NCBI GenBank assembly: GCA_964571655.1
Contig: CAZNCX010000001.1
Span: forward strand, 1,144-65,143
Direction of reading: 5' to 3'
DNA length: 64,000 nucleotides
Origin: an uncultured Elusimicrobium sp.
GTDB taxonomy: Bacteria > Elusimicrobiota > Elusimicrobia > Elusimicrobiales > Elusimicrobiaceae
Part shown: positions 8,928 to 18,457 of the stretch, piece by piece
How positions within the stretch are numbered: position 1 is the stretch's first letter
How the letters are laid out: each line of letters begins with the position of its first letter
Notes under the pieces: generated by a model
What the model saw: the letters and a program-made list of their open reading frames with translations, nothing else
The model's database searches: none
What the model was told of the DNA's origin: nothing
Program-made: the position numbers and the translations under genes

Positions 8928-10295
8928 TCACTTCTTTGCTTTATCTACATCCCCGCCCGGGATATAACGTCCCAGTTTGTCGCAGATATAAACGGATTTA
9001 TTGCCTTCCATCCCAAAGAAAGAAGTGTAAACTGGCTGTTCGTTGAGCGGGGCCGACTGGTCTGAATTTCGCTGTCTGTAATCAAGAACATATCCCAAAG
9101 GAAGACTTTTTGGCGGCGCTTCGTTTGAACGGTTGACCACAAAAATTCTTTTTACCCTGTCGCTTACCACTATAATTTTTATGCCCAGAACCTGCACTAA
9201 AGTTTTTTCGCTGCAGCGGCTGCGTTTCATAAGATGGATATATTCCGGCGTGGAAATTTCTTCGTAGCCTTCCGCCAAATATTTTTTTACAAGTTTTTCC
9301 ACTTCGGGATTTACGAGTAAATCGGACTCGCTGGGTAAATAATAAGCCTTTTGCCCTTTTAGAAGGCGGGAATAAATTATAAGCCCTTCATCGGTCAAAA
9401 TACCTTCTTTGTCAAACATCATCTTCCCGTATTTGTCACGCAGGCTGTAAATAACGCTAAGGTCTACTTTGCGGTCAATTAAATCCTGCTGGGCATCAAG
9501 AGAAAGCAGCCGCAGAACTTCTTTATAGCCGGTAAGCGTAAGCATTTTGCGCGCGTAAACTTTGCCTTTATCGCGCTCTATAAGAAATCCGTCGGGAACG
9601 GAACCTTTATATTTGGTGGTAAGATATTCAATAGCGCGGTTTTCTTCAGCGTCAAGAAGTTTGGTAAGCGTTTTATAATCTTCGTCTGTATACCCGTCGG
9701 CGGCGGGATCTATTAAATTGCGCTCCTTCATGGTAAAGAGAACTTCGTCTTTAGTCAAAATCTCCGGCTCTAAAATTATAAGCCTCTCGCGCGCTACCAA
9801 ATTGGTATAGTCAACGGCAAGGGCTTTTCTGTATAAGACGGAGGCGTTTTCTATCCTGCCGACACGCTCCTCGCAGATGCCGCGGCCGACAAGGGCGTTG
9901 ATATTGGCCGGCTCAAATTTAAGAGCCTCGTCATAATAAAAAGCCGCCGTTTTAATATCCGCGCGGCGCATCGCAATGTCGCCCAAAAGGGAATTTATAT
10001 AAGCGTGATATTTACTTTTCGGGCCTAAAACTTTTAAGGCAGCCTGAAAAGAGGCTTCCGCTTTGCCAAATTGCTGTAAAATCATCTGCACCCCGCCGAG
10101 GCTTATTAACATATCGGCATTCTTCGGATATTTGGCAAGACAGGTCTGTAAAGTCTTTTGGGCAAGGTCGTAATCTTTATCATTAAAGAACTGATTGCTT
10201 TTTGACAGGCAAGACTGAGCGTCCATAATCTGACAAGACGCGTCCTGTACGCAAAAAAACAGCAAAGAGAATAAAAAGATTATTTTTATTTTCAT
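8928..10295 (-). CDS. secreted TPR-repeat protein (hypothetical)
   Basis: 455-aa ORF with a signal peptide (MKIKIIFLFSLLFFCVQDASC). The first third has TPR-like repeats. Its start overlaps the stop of the upstream gene (ATGA). Confidence 0.7.
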   Translation of the reverse strand: MKIKIIFLFSLLFFCVQDASCQIMDAQSCLSKSNQFFNDKDYDLAQKTLQTCLAKYPKNADMLISLGGVQMILQQFGKAEASFQAALKVLGPKSKYHAYINSLLGDIAMRRADIKTAAFYYDEALKFEPANINALVGRGICEERVGRIENASVLYRKALAVDYTNLVARERLIILEPEILTKDEVLFTMKERNLIDPAADGYTDEDYKTLTKLLDAEENRAIEYLTTKYKGSVPDGFLIERDKGKVYARKMLTLTGYKEVLRLLSLDAQQDLIDRKVDLSVIYSLRDKYGKMMFDKEGILTDEGLIIYSRLLKGQKAYYLPSESDLLVNPEVEKLVKKYLAEGYEEISTPEYIHLMKRSRCSEKTLVQVLGIKIIVVSDRVKRIFVVNRSNEAPPKSLPLGYVLDYRQRNSDQSAPLNEQPVYTSFFGMEGNKSVYICDKLGRYIPGGDVDKAKK

Positions 10296-11101
10296 TTTCT
10301 CTCTAATAAAACACTCAAAAGCACAAGTGCTTTTTGCACCTTATTTAACTTTATCTTTTTAACGCCTACCGCGCAAGTTTTTGAAAATCTTTCCAAAATC
10401 TTAAAATAGAGTGCCCCCATGGCGCGCGCGGCAAGAAGGCTGTTAAAATCTTCCTTAGGCAAAAGACTCTGTGCCTGTTTGTAATATTGCCGCGCGCGTT
10501 CTCCTTCAAAAGCAAGAAGAGCTTTTATCCTTTCGTTATCGGCGGCGGCAAAAAGCTCTTCTTCTTCAACATTAAAATTCTGCAAATCTTCCAACGGCAG
10601 ATAGAGCCTGTCTTCCTTGCCGTCGGCATATATATCGCGCAGAATATTTGTCATTTGTACGGCGCGGCCTAAAACTACGGCATAGTCTTTAGTTTTTTCC
10701 TTACTGTAACCGAAGATTTCTATACACATAAGGCCCACTGTCCCTGCAACGCCGTAAAGATACTTTTCCATATCGGCGGCGGTATTAAAGCGGGGACGCG
10801 GATTTAGGTCGTAAGAAACGCCGTCAATTAAATCAAAAAAATTTTTTTGCGGTATCTTAAAGCTTAAAAGAATCTCCTGCAGGTTTCGTCCCAGCTCTGT
10901 TCGGGCTTTACCTTCAAAGACCCGCTGAGTTTCTTCCCTGAGGGATAAAAGTTTTTCTTTCGCGTCGGGGTAATGTTCGTCAACGATATCGTCAGCCAGG
11001 CGGCAGTAGGAATATATAACGCTCAAAGCCTGTCTTTTTTGTACGGGGAGAAACAAAAACGCCCCGCCGAAATTAGATTTTTTGTAAGATGTATATATCA
11101 C
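10292..11101 (-). CDS. squalene/phytoene synthase-family enzyme
   Basis: 269-aa ORF carrying both Asp-rich motifs of the family (YCRLADDIVDE; NILRDIYADGKEDRLYLP). Confidence 0.85.
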   Translation of the reverse strand: MIYTSYKKSNFGGAFLFLPVQKRQALSVIYSYCRLADDIVDEHYPDAKEKLLSLREETQRVFEGKARTELGRNLQEILLSFKIPQKNFFDLIDGVSYDLNPRPRFNTAADMEKYLYGVAGTVGLMCIEIFGYSKEKTKDYAVVLGRAVQMTNILRDIYADGKEDRLYLPLEDLQNFNVEEEELFAAADNERIKALLAFEGERARQYYKQAQSLLPKEDFNSLLAARAMGALYFKILERFSKTCAVGVKKIKLNKVQKALVLLSVLLERK

Positions 11102-11136
11102 TTAATCAAATTTTACAAAATTAGGAGCGGATTTTT

Positions 11137-11688
11137 ATGACAAAACAGGAATCTTTAACTTTACTTAAACAATATGTGAAAAGTGAGGCTATGGTGCGCC
11201 ACTGCACGGCAAGCGGCGCAGTCCTAAAAGCTCTTGCCCAAAGGCTGGGCCAAGACGCCGAGCTTTGGCAGGCCGCCGGCATTTTGCACGATATAGACGT
11301 TGAAGTTACAACCGGGGACATAAAAACCCACTGCACAAAAGCGCGCGAACTTATAGGCGCGGCCCTGCCCGAAGAAGCTCTTAAAGCCATAGAAGCCCAT
11401 AACGAAGACGCTGGGCTTTGCGCGCGCACGGAAGTCTTTGACCACGCTTTAAGCGCGGGGGAGACTATAACGGGATTAATTACCGCAACGGCTTTGGTCT
11501 ATCCCGATAAAAAAGTAACCTCGGTAAAAGTAAAATCCATTACAAAGAGAATGAAAGAGAAATCTTTTGCGGCAAGCGTAAGCAGGGAAAATATTTTGGA
11601 GTGCGAAAAAATAGGCATACCGCTTGCGGAGTTTGCCGAACTGTCCCTAAAAGCAATGCAGGAAATATCCGGAGAGCTCGGCCTTTAA
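11137..11688 (+). CDS. HD-domain metal-dependent phosphohydrolase
   Basis: 183-aa ORF with an AGGAG SD and the HD motif (AGILHDIDVE). Confidence 0.75.
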   Translation: MTKQESLTLLKQYVKSEAMVRHCTASGAVLKALAQRLGQDAELWQAAGILHDIDVEVTTGDIKTHCTKARELIGAALPEEALKAIEAHNEDAGLCARTEVFDHALSAGETITGLITATALVYPDKKVTSVKVKSITKRMKEKSFAASVSRENILECEKIGIPLAEFAELSLKAMQEISGELGL

Positions 11689-12119
11689 TTTTTAAGAACT
11701 TTAAGGCTTATTTGCTTTGCCCGCGCATTCATTTTTGCGCGGGCTTCTTTTGTTTTATCGTCATAACCGGCCAAATGTAAAACGCCGTGGACGCAGACTA
11801 CAAAAAACTCCAAAAGCGCGCCGTGGCCTTCTTGCGCGGCCTGTTTTTTTGTCTGCTCAAAGCAAACGTAAACATCGCCCAAAGGCGCGCCTTCTTTGTT
11901 TTCAAAAGGATAGCTAAACGTAATAACGTCGGTTACGTAAGAATGCCCTAAAAAGCGTTTATTTATCTTAAGAATTTCGCTCGGGGATACCGCTATTATA
12001 TTAAGTTCTCCCTTCTTTTTAGAAAGCGCGCCCAAAGCCTCTTGCGCGGCTTTTTTTAAGGCGGAGGTTTTGCGATAATAAGGTTTTACTTCTGTTTTAT
12101 AGAAAACGTTTATTTTCAC
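11685..12119 (-). CDS. ybeY: rRNA maturation endoribonuclease YbeY
   Basis: 144-aa ORF with the zinc motif HGVLHLAGYDD. It overlaps glgC by 4 nt. Confidence 0.9.
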   Translation of the reverse strand: MKINVFYKTEVKPYYRKTSALKKAAQEALGALSKKKGELNIIAVSPSEILKINKRFLGHSYVTDVITFSYPFENKEGAPLGDVYVCFEQTKKQAAQEGHGALLEFFVVCVHGVLHLAGYDDKTKEARAKMNARAKQISLKVLKN

Positions 12120-13327
12120 AGGAATTTAGTGCGCCCGCGCGGGATTACGATAATGCCGCTGGGATCAATAAAGTAATTTTGGCTGTCATCTTCTTTGTTA
12201 TAGCCGACGACCGTTTTTTCCTCAATATTATTAAATCTGTCCATAACAGTCTTTTTTATTTTGCAGTTTTTGCCTATTACGCAGGAGTCCATTATAACGC
12301 TGTCTTCCACAACCGCGCCTTCCTCTATAATGACATTACTCGCCAAAACGCTGTTTTTAATAATTGTTTTAGGATGTATTATGCAGCCGTTTGAAAGCAT
12401 ACTATTTATAACCGTCCCTCCCAGATAAGAAGTGGGAGGTATATTGTGGACGGAAGTGTTTATCGGCCAAAGCGGATTATTGAGGTCAAATTTGGGCTTG
12501 GGCCCCAAAAGGTCCATATTGGCCTGCCAGTAGGCCTCTATTGTGCCGACATCGCGCCAATATCCCTGTTCCTCATAAGCTTTAAGGCCCGCCAGTTTAT
12601 CGGAAGCAAAATCGTAGGCAAAAGTGCGGTATTGTTTTAGAATAACGGGAATTATATTTTTGCCGAAATCTAAAGAAGGTATATCGCAGTATTTTTGCTG
12701 CAGTATTTTAAGCAAGACCGTTTTGTCAAAAATATAATTACCCATAGAAACATAAGCTTTTTTGGGCTGGGACGGTATCGGTTTCGGGTTTTGCGGTTTT
12801 TCTTCAAAATCGGTTATGCGGTTCTTATCGTCAACGCCGATAACGCCGAAGGAAGACGCGTCTTTTAACGGAGCTACATTGGCCGCTACGGTAACATCGG
12901 CCTTGTTTTTAAGGTGGAAATCTATCATCTTGCCGATATCCATGCGGTAAATATGGTCCGCGCCGAAAATGACGACCAAATCGGGCATAAAATCGTTAAT
13001 CAGACTGATATTCTGGCGTATGGAGTCTGCCGTGCCGCGATACCAAATTTCGCCCAGACGCATTTGCGGCGGCACTACCGTAAGAAAATGATCTTTGCTG
13101 ATGCCTCTTGTAGCCCAGCTTACGCGCAGATATTCTATAAGAGACTGCGAAAGATATTGCACCAAAATGTAAGACGAAAAAATGTTTGAGTTAATAAAGT
13201 TAGACAAAACAAAATCTATTATCCTGTACTTCCCGCCGAAGGGCACCGCGGGTTTAGAGCGCTCTTTTGTAAGAGGAAAAAGCCTTTCTCCCTTGCCTCC
13301 GGCCATTATCATACCGAGTATTTTCAT
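12116..13327 (-). CDS. glgC: glucose-1-phosphate adenylyltransferase
   Basis: 403-aa ORF with the N-terminal GGKGERLFPLTKERSKPAVPFGGKYRIIDF motif and a C-terminal left-handed beta-helix pattern. Confidence 0.92.
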   Translation of the reverse strand: MKILGMIMAGGKGERLFPLTKERSKPAVPFGGKYRIIDFVLSNFINSNIFSSYILVQYLSQSLIEYLRVSWATRGISKDHFLTVVPPQMRLGEIWYRGTADSIRQNISLINDFMPDLVVIFGADHIYRMDIGKMIDFHLKNKADVTVAANVAPLKDASSFGVIGVDDKNRITDFEEKPQNPKPIPSQPKKAYVSMGNYIFDKTVLLKILQQKYCDIPSLDFGKNIIPVILKQYRTFAYDFASDKLAGLKAYEEQGYWRDVGTIEAYWQANMDLLGPKPKFDLNNPLWPINTSVHNIPPTSYLGGTVINSMLSNGCIIHPKTIIKNSVLASNVIIEEGAVVEDSVIMDSCVIGKNCKIKKTVMDRFNNIEEKTVVGYNKEDDSQNYFIDPSGIIVIPRGRTKFL

Positions 13328-13377
13328 AGATAAATCCCCTTTCTGTTTGCGCTGTTTTTCGCTTTTGGCGCAAAAAA

Positions 13378-14070
13378 TTATATTTTTCTTTGCAAACTTT
13401 CAAAAGCCTGCCATGAAGAAGGCATTTTTTCTTCCGCTATTTTTGCTATAGCCTGAGCGTAAACGCGGATTTCGTACTGGGCGTGTTCGTCGGCACGCAG
13501 CGAGATGAAATTAAATAAACTTCTTGCGTTTACGGTCCAATAAAACTGCGTATACTGGCTAACGGGCAGAAGGCCGCGCGCCATCTCCCTTGCAACGCCG
13601 GCCGCAAGCAATTTTTGATAGGCCGCGTAAGAAGCTTCCACGCTTTGCTGATAAATATTAAGCAGATTTTCATTATTAAGGGCGGCGTCTTCAACGGAGC
13701 CTTGCTTGTTATTGCTGTCCTGCCCGCGAAAGGCTTTGGGAATATAAAACTCGTCTTTGACTTCCGTATAGCGCGCGCTGATTTCATTGTAAGAGGCTAT
13801 GCGGTGGCGCATCCATTGGCGCGCTACAAAAATAGGGCATTTGATATGGAACTGAAAGCAACAGTGTTCAAAAGGGCTCAAATGCTTATTTTCCATAAGA
13901 TATTTAATTAGAAGTTTATCGCGCTCCTCCCCCTTACTCTGCCCGCCGAAGGAAACCCGCGCCGAATTTACCGCGCGCAAATCCCCTCCCATAAAGTCAA
14001 TAAGTTTTACAAAGCCTTTATCAAGAACTTCAATCATTGTCTGCTGTGTTTGTTTGCATTGCGTTGTCAT
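13378..14070 (-). CDS. thyX: FAD-dependent thymidylate synthase
   Basis: 230-aa ORF with the ThyX signature RHRIASYNEISARY. Confidence 0.93.
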   Translation of the reverse strand: MTTQCKQTQQTMIEVLDKGFVKLIDFMGGDLRAVNSARVSFGGQSKGEERDKLLIKYLMENKHLSPFEHCCFQFHIKCPIFVARQWMRHRIASYNEISARYTEVKDEFYIPKAFRGQDSNNKQGSVEDAALNNENLLNIYQQSVEASYAAYQKLLAAGVAREMARGLLPVSQYTQFYWTVNARSLFNFISLRADEHAQYEIRVYAQAIAKIAEEKMPSSWQAFESLQRKI

Positions 14071-14088
14071 CTTTAACCGCCTTATCTT

Positions 14089-15486
14089 TTATTCTTCGCC
14101 GGCGCTTACAAGCAGCACCACCGTTTCCCCCATATTGCTGAAATAAGGGATAATTATCGTCTTGTTAAATCTGCCCAGCGGGGCTTGGGAAATATCGTAA
14201 ACCACCCCGGGGATGTCTAAAGAGGAATCTTTTACCAAAGAGTTCCCCGTCCACTTCAAAAAATACAGTTTTGCCGAACCGTAAGAGCCAAAAGTGTCTG
14301 AAACTATGCCGAGCTTCGCTTTATGTTCCACGGCGGCTATCTTAAGGCTGTTATTTTCATCGGCAAATAAGCCTACGGATAAATAAAGCCTTTGCAGCCT
14401 GTTATTAAAAGACAGGCGGTTTGGCGTCGTTGAAAAATCAAGGTCCGCCGGAGAATCTATAAAACTTCCCCTTTTGTCAAACTGTATGCGCAGCCGCTGA
14501 TTTTTTGTGGTGTAAACTACGTTTTGCTGCCCGTTTTCTTTGAAGGTGCCCAAATTAAAGCCAAAGATATTGTCAAATTTATAGGCTTCAAGCTGATCTC
14601 CTTTATCAAACTGCCCGTTCTGATAAATAAGCTTTGAAGGCGTGGTAAGCGTAAAATCGTTGGCGGCTTTGTTTATATCCTGCGTATAAAGCTGCCGAGG
14701 GCCGTTATAGGGCGAAATGCCTTTTACAACGCCGTTTACGGCATCGGTTTCTTTTAAGGATGCGCCGTCTTTTTCCAAAACAAGAGTGCGCAGTTTTTGA
14801 CCTGCCTTATCGTAAACACTTGCAAAAAGCTGGGCTTTGCCATTACCTTTGATATCGGCGGCGTCAAGAGATATAATGCTCTTGAGCGGAGATATTTCGT
14901 AGGAAATAATTTGCGTTAAATTATCGTCTTCAAGCTTATAGATTTTGACGGAATTATCGTCCTGCATGGCAAGGGCAAGTTCATAAAATCCGTCCCCGTC
15001 AAAATCGCCGGAGGCCACCGCTTTTGCCCTGCCTTCTATACTTTTACTCTGCCAAAGCGGCATTATTTTTGCCGCCTGCCCGATGGGCGTTACGCCGTCT
15101 GCGGCAAAAGCGGTATCGGTGCTTACGTCTTCCCGATACATTATTATTTTGACGTCTTTGCCGTTTACTTCCTCAGCCGAGTCAAGCTCCCCTACGCTGT
15201 AGTTTTCTTCCACCTGAGTAATGCGGCCGCTTACCGTTCTGGTAATCTTTGGGCCCAGGCTCTTACCCGTTTTGGGATTTACAAGCTCTTCTCCTTTTTC
15301 TATAACGGTAAAATTATCCCCTTCTTTAGGCTCTTTTTGAAGTTCAGAAGTGTCAAGATAAATTGTTCTCCCCTCTTGTTTGACGACAAGCGCAGGAAGT
15401 TCAAACTTCTGCGCGGCGGTCAAAAAAACCGCAAGACTGCAACAAAAAAATATCCCCGCAAACAGGGCCTTAAATGGCTTTTTCAT
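14089..15486 (-). CDS. secreted FG-GAP/VCBS-like repeat protein (hypothetical)
   Basis: 465-aa ORF with an N-terminal signal/anchor. It has integrin-like Ca-binding loops (ASGDFDGDGFYELALA; DAADIKGNGKAQLFA). Confidence 0.6.
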   Translation of the reverse strand: MKKPFKALFAGIFFCCSLAVFLTAAQKFELPALVVKQEGRTIYLDTSELQKEPKEGDNFTVIEKGEELVNPKTGKSLGPKITRTVSGRITQVEENYSVGELDSAEEVNGKDVKIIMYREDVSTDTAFAADGVTPIGQAAKIMPLWQSKSIEGRAKAVASGDFDGDGFYELALAMQDDNSVKIYKLEDDNLTQIISYEISPLKSIISLDAADIKGNGKAQLFASVYDKAGQKLRTLVLEKDGASLKETDAVNGVVKGISPYNGPRQLYTQDINKAANDFTLTTPSKLIYQNGQFDKGDQLEAYKFDNIFGFNLGTFKENGQQNVVYTTKNQRLRIQFDKRGSFIDSPADLDFSTTPNRLSFNNRLQRLYLSVGLFADENNSLKIAAVEHKAKLGIVSDTFGSYGSAKLYFLKWTGNSLVKDSSLDIPGVVYDISQAPLGRFNKTIIIPYFSNMGETVVLLVSAGEE

Positions 15487-15533
15487 ATTATCATTCTATA
15501 TTATTTTTCGCACAAATAATATAGAATTTAGAT

Positions 15534-16358
15534 ATGACAATAAGATTGGCCGCCGTTTATCATAACGCTCAAAAAGCGGCAAGCGTAAAGACGGTAAAAG
15601 TTCTTGAGCAAGCCCTAAAAAAGCACGGCATACTGTATTATCCCGCAGATGAAAAAGTAAAACTTAAACGCGGGACGGATATCTTTTTTTGCGTCGGGGG
15701 AGACGGCTCTTTTCTAAAAGCCGCAAAGCTCTGCGCGGGCACAAATATAAATATTTTAGGCATAAACGGCGGCAATTTGGGATACCTTTCTGCAGCAGAA
15801 AGCAACGCCGATTTTCCCGCAATTTTCTCAGCGTTAAAACAGGGTAAGTTTATAAGGCAGACGCGCATGCTCCTTGACATACGCGTAAAGCGAAACGGCA
15901 AAATTGTTTTTGAAGATACCTCCCTTAACGAATGCGTAATTAAGACGGCAACCGCAAAAGCTGTCTCTTTGCGCATCCTTTGCACAAAAGGAGAAATCAA
16001 TAATTGCTTCGGCGACGGGCTTATAATAGCTACCCCCACAGGATCTACCGCCTACAGCCTTGCCGCCGGCGGCCCCATTGCCGCGCCGCAGCTTAAAATA
16101 CTGGTTTTAACGCCCGTTTGCCCGCATACCTTAAATCAGAGGCCTTTGGTCTTAGACGCAGACGAACATCTGCAAATATCCCTTTCCCAGCAAAAAGCAA
16201 AAGCTCTTTTAAGCACCGACGGCAGGCAGGCTTTTGAAATATTCCCCGAAGATGCCGTTTTAATATCAAAAAGTAAAAAAGAAGTATCCATTTTACTGGC
16301 GGAAAATTACGCTTTCTTCAAAACCCTTACCGCAAAACTTAACTGGGGAAGCAGGTAA
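15534..16358 (+). CDS. nadK: NAD(+) kinase
   Basis: 274-aa ORF with motifs GGDGSFL and GINGGNLGYL. Confidence 0.92.
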   Translation: MTIRLAAVYHNAQKAASVKTVKVLEQALKKHGILYYPADEKVKLKRGTDIFFCVGGDGSFLKAAKLCAGTNINILGINGGNLGYLSAAESNADFPAIFSALKQGKFIRQTRMLLDIRVKRNGKIVFEDTSLNECVIKTATAKAVSLRILCTKGEINNCFGDGLIIATPTGSTAYSLAAGGPIAAPQLKILVLTPVCPHTLNQRPLVLDADEHLQISLSQQKAKALLSTDGRQAFEIFPEDAVLISKSKKEVSILLAENYAFFKTLTAKLNWGSR

Positions 16359-16361
16359 AAT

Positions 16362-18017
16362 ATGTTAAGAACAATTTTAGTAAGAGATTTTGCCATCATA
16401 GATTCTCTTTCCCTATCCCTCGGCGAAGGGCTTAATATCTTTACGGGCGAAACGGGCGCGGGCAAATCAATAATAATTGAGGCTCTGGGTTTTGCTTTGG
16501 GCGCGCGCGGCGACTGCGGGCTTATAAGAGAAGGCGCGCAAAAAATGGTTGTAAGCGCGGTTTTTGACTCTTGCGATTTGCCCGAAACTTTACTCAAAAA
16601 ATTCCAAATCACCGCGCAAACTTTTACCATTAAGCGCGAGCTGGACCAAAAAGCCAAAAGCAAAGCTTCCGTTGACGGCAAAAACATACTGATAAGTGAT
16701 TTGGCGCAAATAGGCTCTTATTTAGTGGATTTCCACGGGCAAAACGAGCATCAATCTCTTTTCAAAACTTCCTCCCATCTGGCTATGCTTGACGAGTTTG
16801 CAAATACGCAGACGCTTCTTACCCAAACGGGCGAACTTTACAGGAAAATACAGGGCGTTAAAGCCGAAATTGAGGCTCTAAAAATGTCGGAAGAGGAAAA
16901 AAATAAGCGTCTTGAACTCTATCAATATCAATTGGAAGAAATTGAAAAACTTGCTCTTAAGCAAAACGAAGACGCCGAAATTGAAAGCGTTTTGCCCAAA
17001 CTCAAAAACGCAGAAAAGCTTAAAGAAAACGCCGCCGCGGTAACCGCCCTTCTTGACGGGGAAGATAACGACGCTTTATCCCTTCTTAATAAAGCGGCCA
17101 AACATTTGGAGGATATGGCGCAAAGCGACGGCTCCCTTGAAACAAGTGCAAACGAACTTTCCCAAATCTGCGCGGCCGTGCAGGAAATTGCGTCTTCTGC
17201 CTCCTCCTACGGACAGGAGATTGAAAGCGATACTTCGGTTTTGGACAATCTTTTGGGACGGCAGGAAGATATAAGAAAAATAAAACTTAAATACGGCCCC
17301 GCACTTGAAGACGTTTTTGCTTTTGCCCAAAATCTTAAGGAAAAAATTAAAACTTTATCCGAAGGCGGGCAAAACGCCGCAAAGCTTGAAAAAACTCTTA
17401 AACAGCTTGAGCAGGATTTGGATAAAACAGCCGGCGAGTTAAGCCAAAAGCGCCGCCATGCGGCAAAAGAGCTTGACCGCCGCGTCATAAAAGAAATCAC
17501 GCCGCTTGGCTTTGAGCGCGTGCGTTTTGAAACTTACTTTGAGGACCTTGAAATCTGCGGCCCAAAGGGCAAAGATGCCGTAGAATTTCTGTTCTCTTCA
17601 AATCCTTCCCAATCCCTGCGCCCGCTTAAAAACATAGCAAGCGGGGGCGAAATTTCAAGGCTTATGCTGGGCCTTAAAACGGTTTTGGCGCAGGGCACTC
17701 CCGTTATGGTCTTTGACGAAATTGACGCGGGCATAAGCGGCCTTACAGGCAAACTGGTGGGCCAAAAGCTAAGGAAAGTAAGCGCGGGCAGGCAGGTTTT
17801 ATGCGTTACCCATTTGGCGCAGGTGGCGGCTTTTGGCGCGGCGAACTTCAGTATAACAAAGACAAATTTACAAAAAACCTGTAAAATAACCGTAACTAAA
17901 TTGGAAAACGGCAATAAAGCGCAGGAAATTGCTAGAATGATAGGTAGCAGCAAAACGGCTTCCGCGGGGTATAAACACGCGCAGGATTTAATTGCGGAAG
18001 CGCAAATCGCGAAATAA
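16362..18017 (+). CDS. recN: DNA repair protein RecN
   Basis: 551-aa ORF with Walker A GETGAGKS, a long coiled-coil middle, and the ABC signature SGGEISRLML. Confidence 0.93.
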   Translation: MLRTILVRDFAIIDSLSLSLGEGLNIFTGETGAGKSIIIEALGFALGARGDCGLIREGAQKMVVSAVFDSCDLPETLLKKFQITAQTFTIKRELDQKAKSKASVDGKNILISDLAQIGSYLVDFHGQNEHQSLFKTSSHLAMLDEFANTQTLLTQTGELYRKIQGVKAEIEALKMSEEEKNKRLELYQYQLEEIEKLALKQNEDAEIESVLPKLKNAEKLKENAAAVTALLDGEDNDALSLLNKAAKHLEDMAQSDGSLETSANELSQICAAVQEIASSASSYGQEIESDTSVLDNLLGRQEDIRKIKLKYGPALEDVFAFAQNLKEKIKTLSEGGQNAAKLEKTLKQLEQDLDKTAGELSQKRRHAAKELDRRVIKEITPLGFERVRFETYFEDLEICGPKGKDAVEFLFSSNPSQSLRPLKNIASGGEISRLMLGLKTVLAQGTPVMVFDEIDAGISGLTGKLVGQKLRKVSAGRQVLCVTHLAQVAAFGAANFSITKTNLQKTCKITVTKLENGNKAQEIARMIGSSKTASAGYKHAQDLIAEAQIAK

Positions 18018-18058
18018 AGCCCTTGCAGCTTATATTTGACTTACATAAGGAGAAAAAT

Positions 18059-18403
18059 ATGGCAGAAGAACAAGAAAAAATAGAAATTGCCGCAGAAAAC
18101 AACAGCGTTCAAGAAACTCTAAACGCTCCGAGAAAAAAATGTTTCTTTACGCACAAAGTGTTTGGGCTCAGGGGCCTTTCTAACATATACAAAGCCTTAA
18201 GCATCTTTACCCTGTTGTTTCTGTTGGTATTGCTGGTAAATTTATGGTATGCGACGGTTAATCAGCATACGCCTGTGGTAGACAGCCTGCTTCTTTCTCT
18301 GCAATGGATGCTCTATTACGGCCTTGTGGCTTTGGTGTTTATTACCGTTTCAAGGATACTAAAGGTCCTCAAAAAAATTAAACACGCCGTAGAACATAAA
18401 TAA
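18059..18403 (+). CDS. small membrane protein (hypothetical)
   Basis: The ORF track starts at 18023. The ATG at 18059 follows an AAGGAG SD. The protein has two hydrophobic helices. Confidence 0.55.
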   Translation: MAEEQEKIEIAAENNSVQETLNAPRKKCFFTHKVFGLRGLSNIYKALSIFTLLFLLVLLVNLWYATVNQHTPVVDSLLLSLQWMLYYGLVALVFITVSRILKVLKKIKHAVEHK

Positions 18404-18414
18404 TTGATGCGGAT

Positions 18415-18445
18415 GCAGCGCGGCCTTTTTATAAGGCCGCGCTGC
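18415..18445 (+). other. GC-rich perfect hairpin (11-bp stem, 9-nt loop) without T-tract
   Basis: GCAGCGCGGCC-TTTTTATAA-GGCCGCGCTGC. It lies 12 nt after the preceding stop and 13 nt before the ATG at 18458. Confidence 0.5.
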
Positions 18446-18457
18446 GCCGCCAAGCCT

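Noticed and set aside
16307-16687. 126-aa minus-strand ORF bridging the nadK/recN junction
   Set aside because: It is antisense to two confidently called genes and has no independent support.
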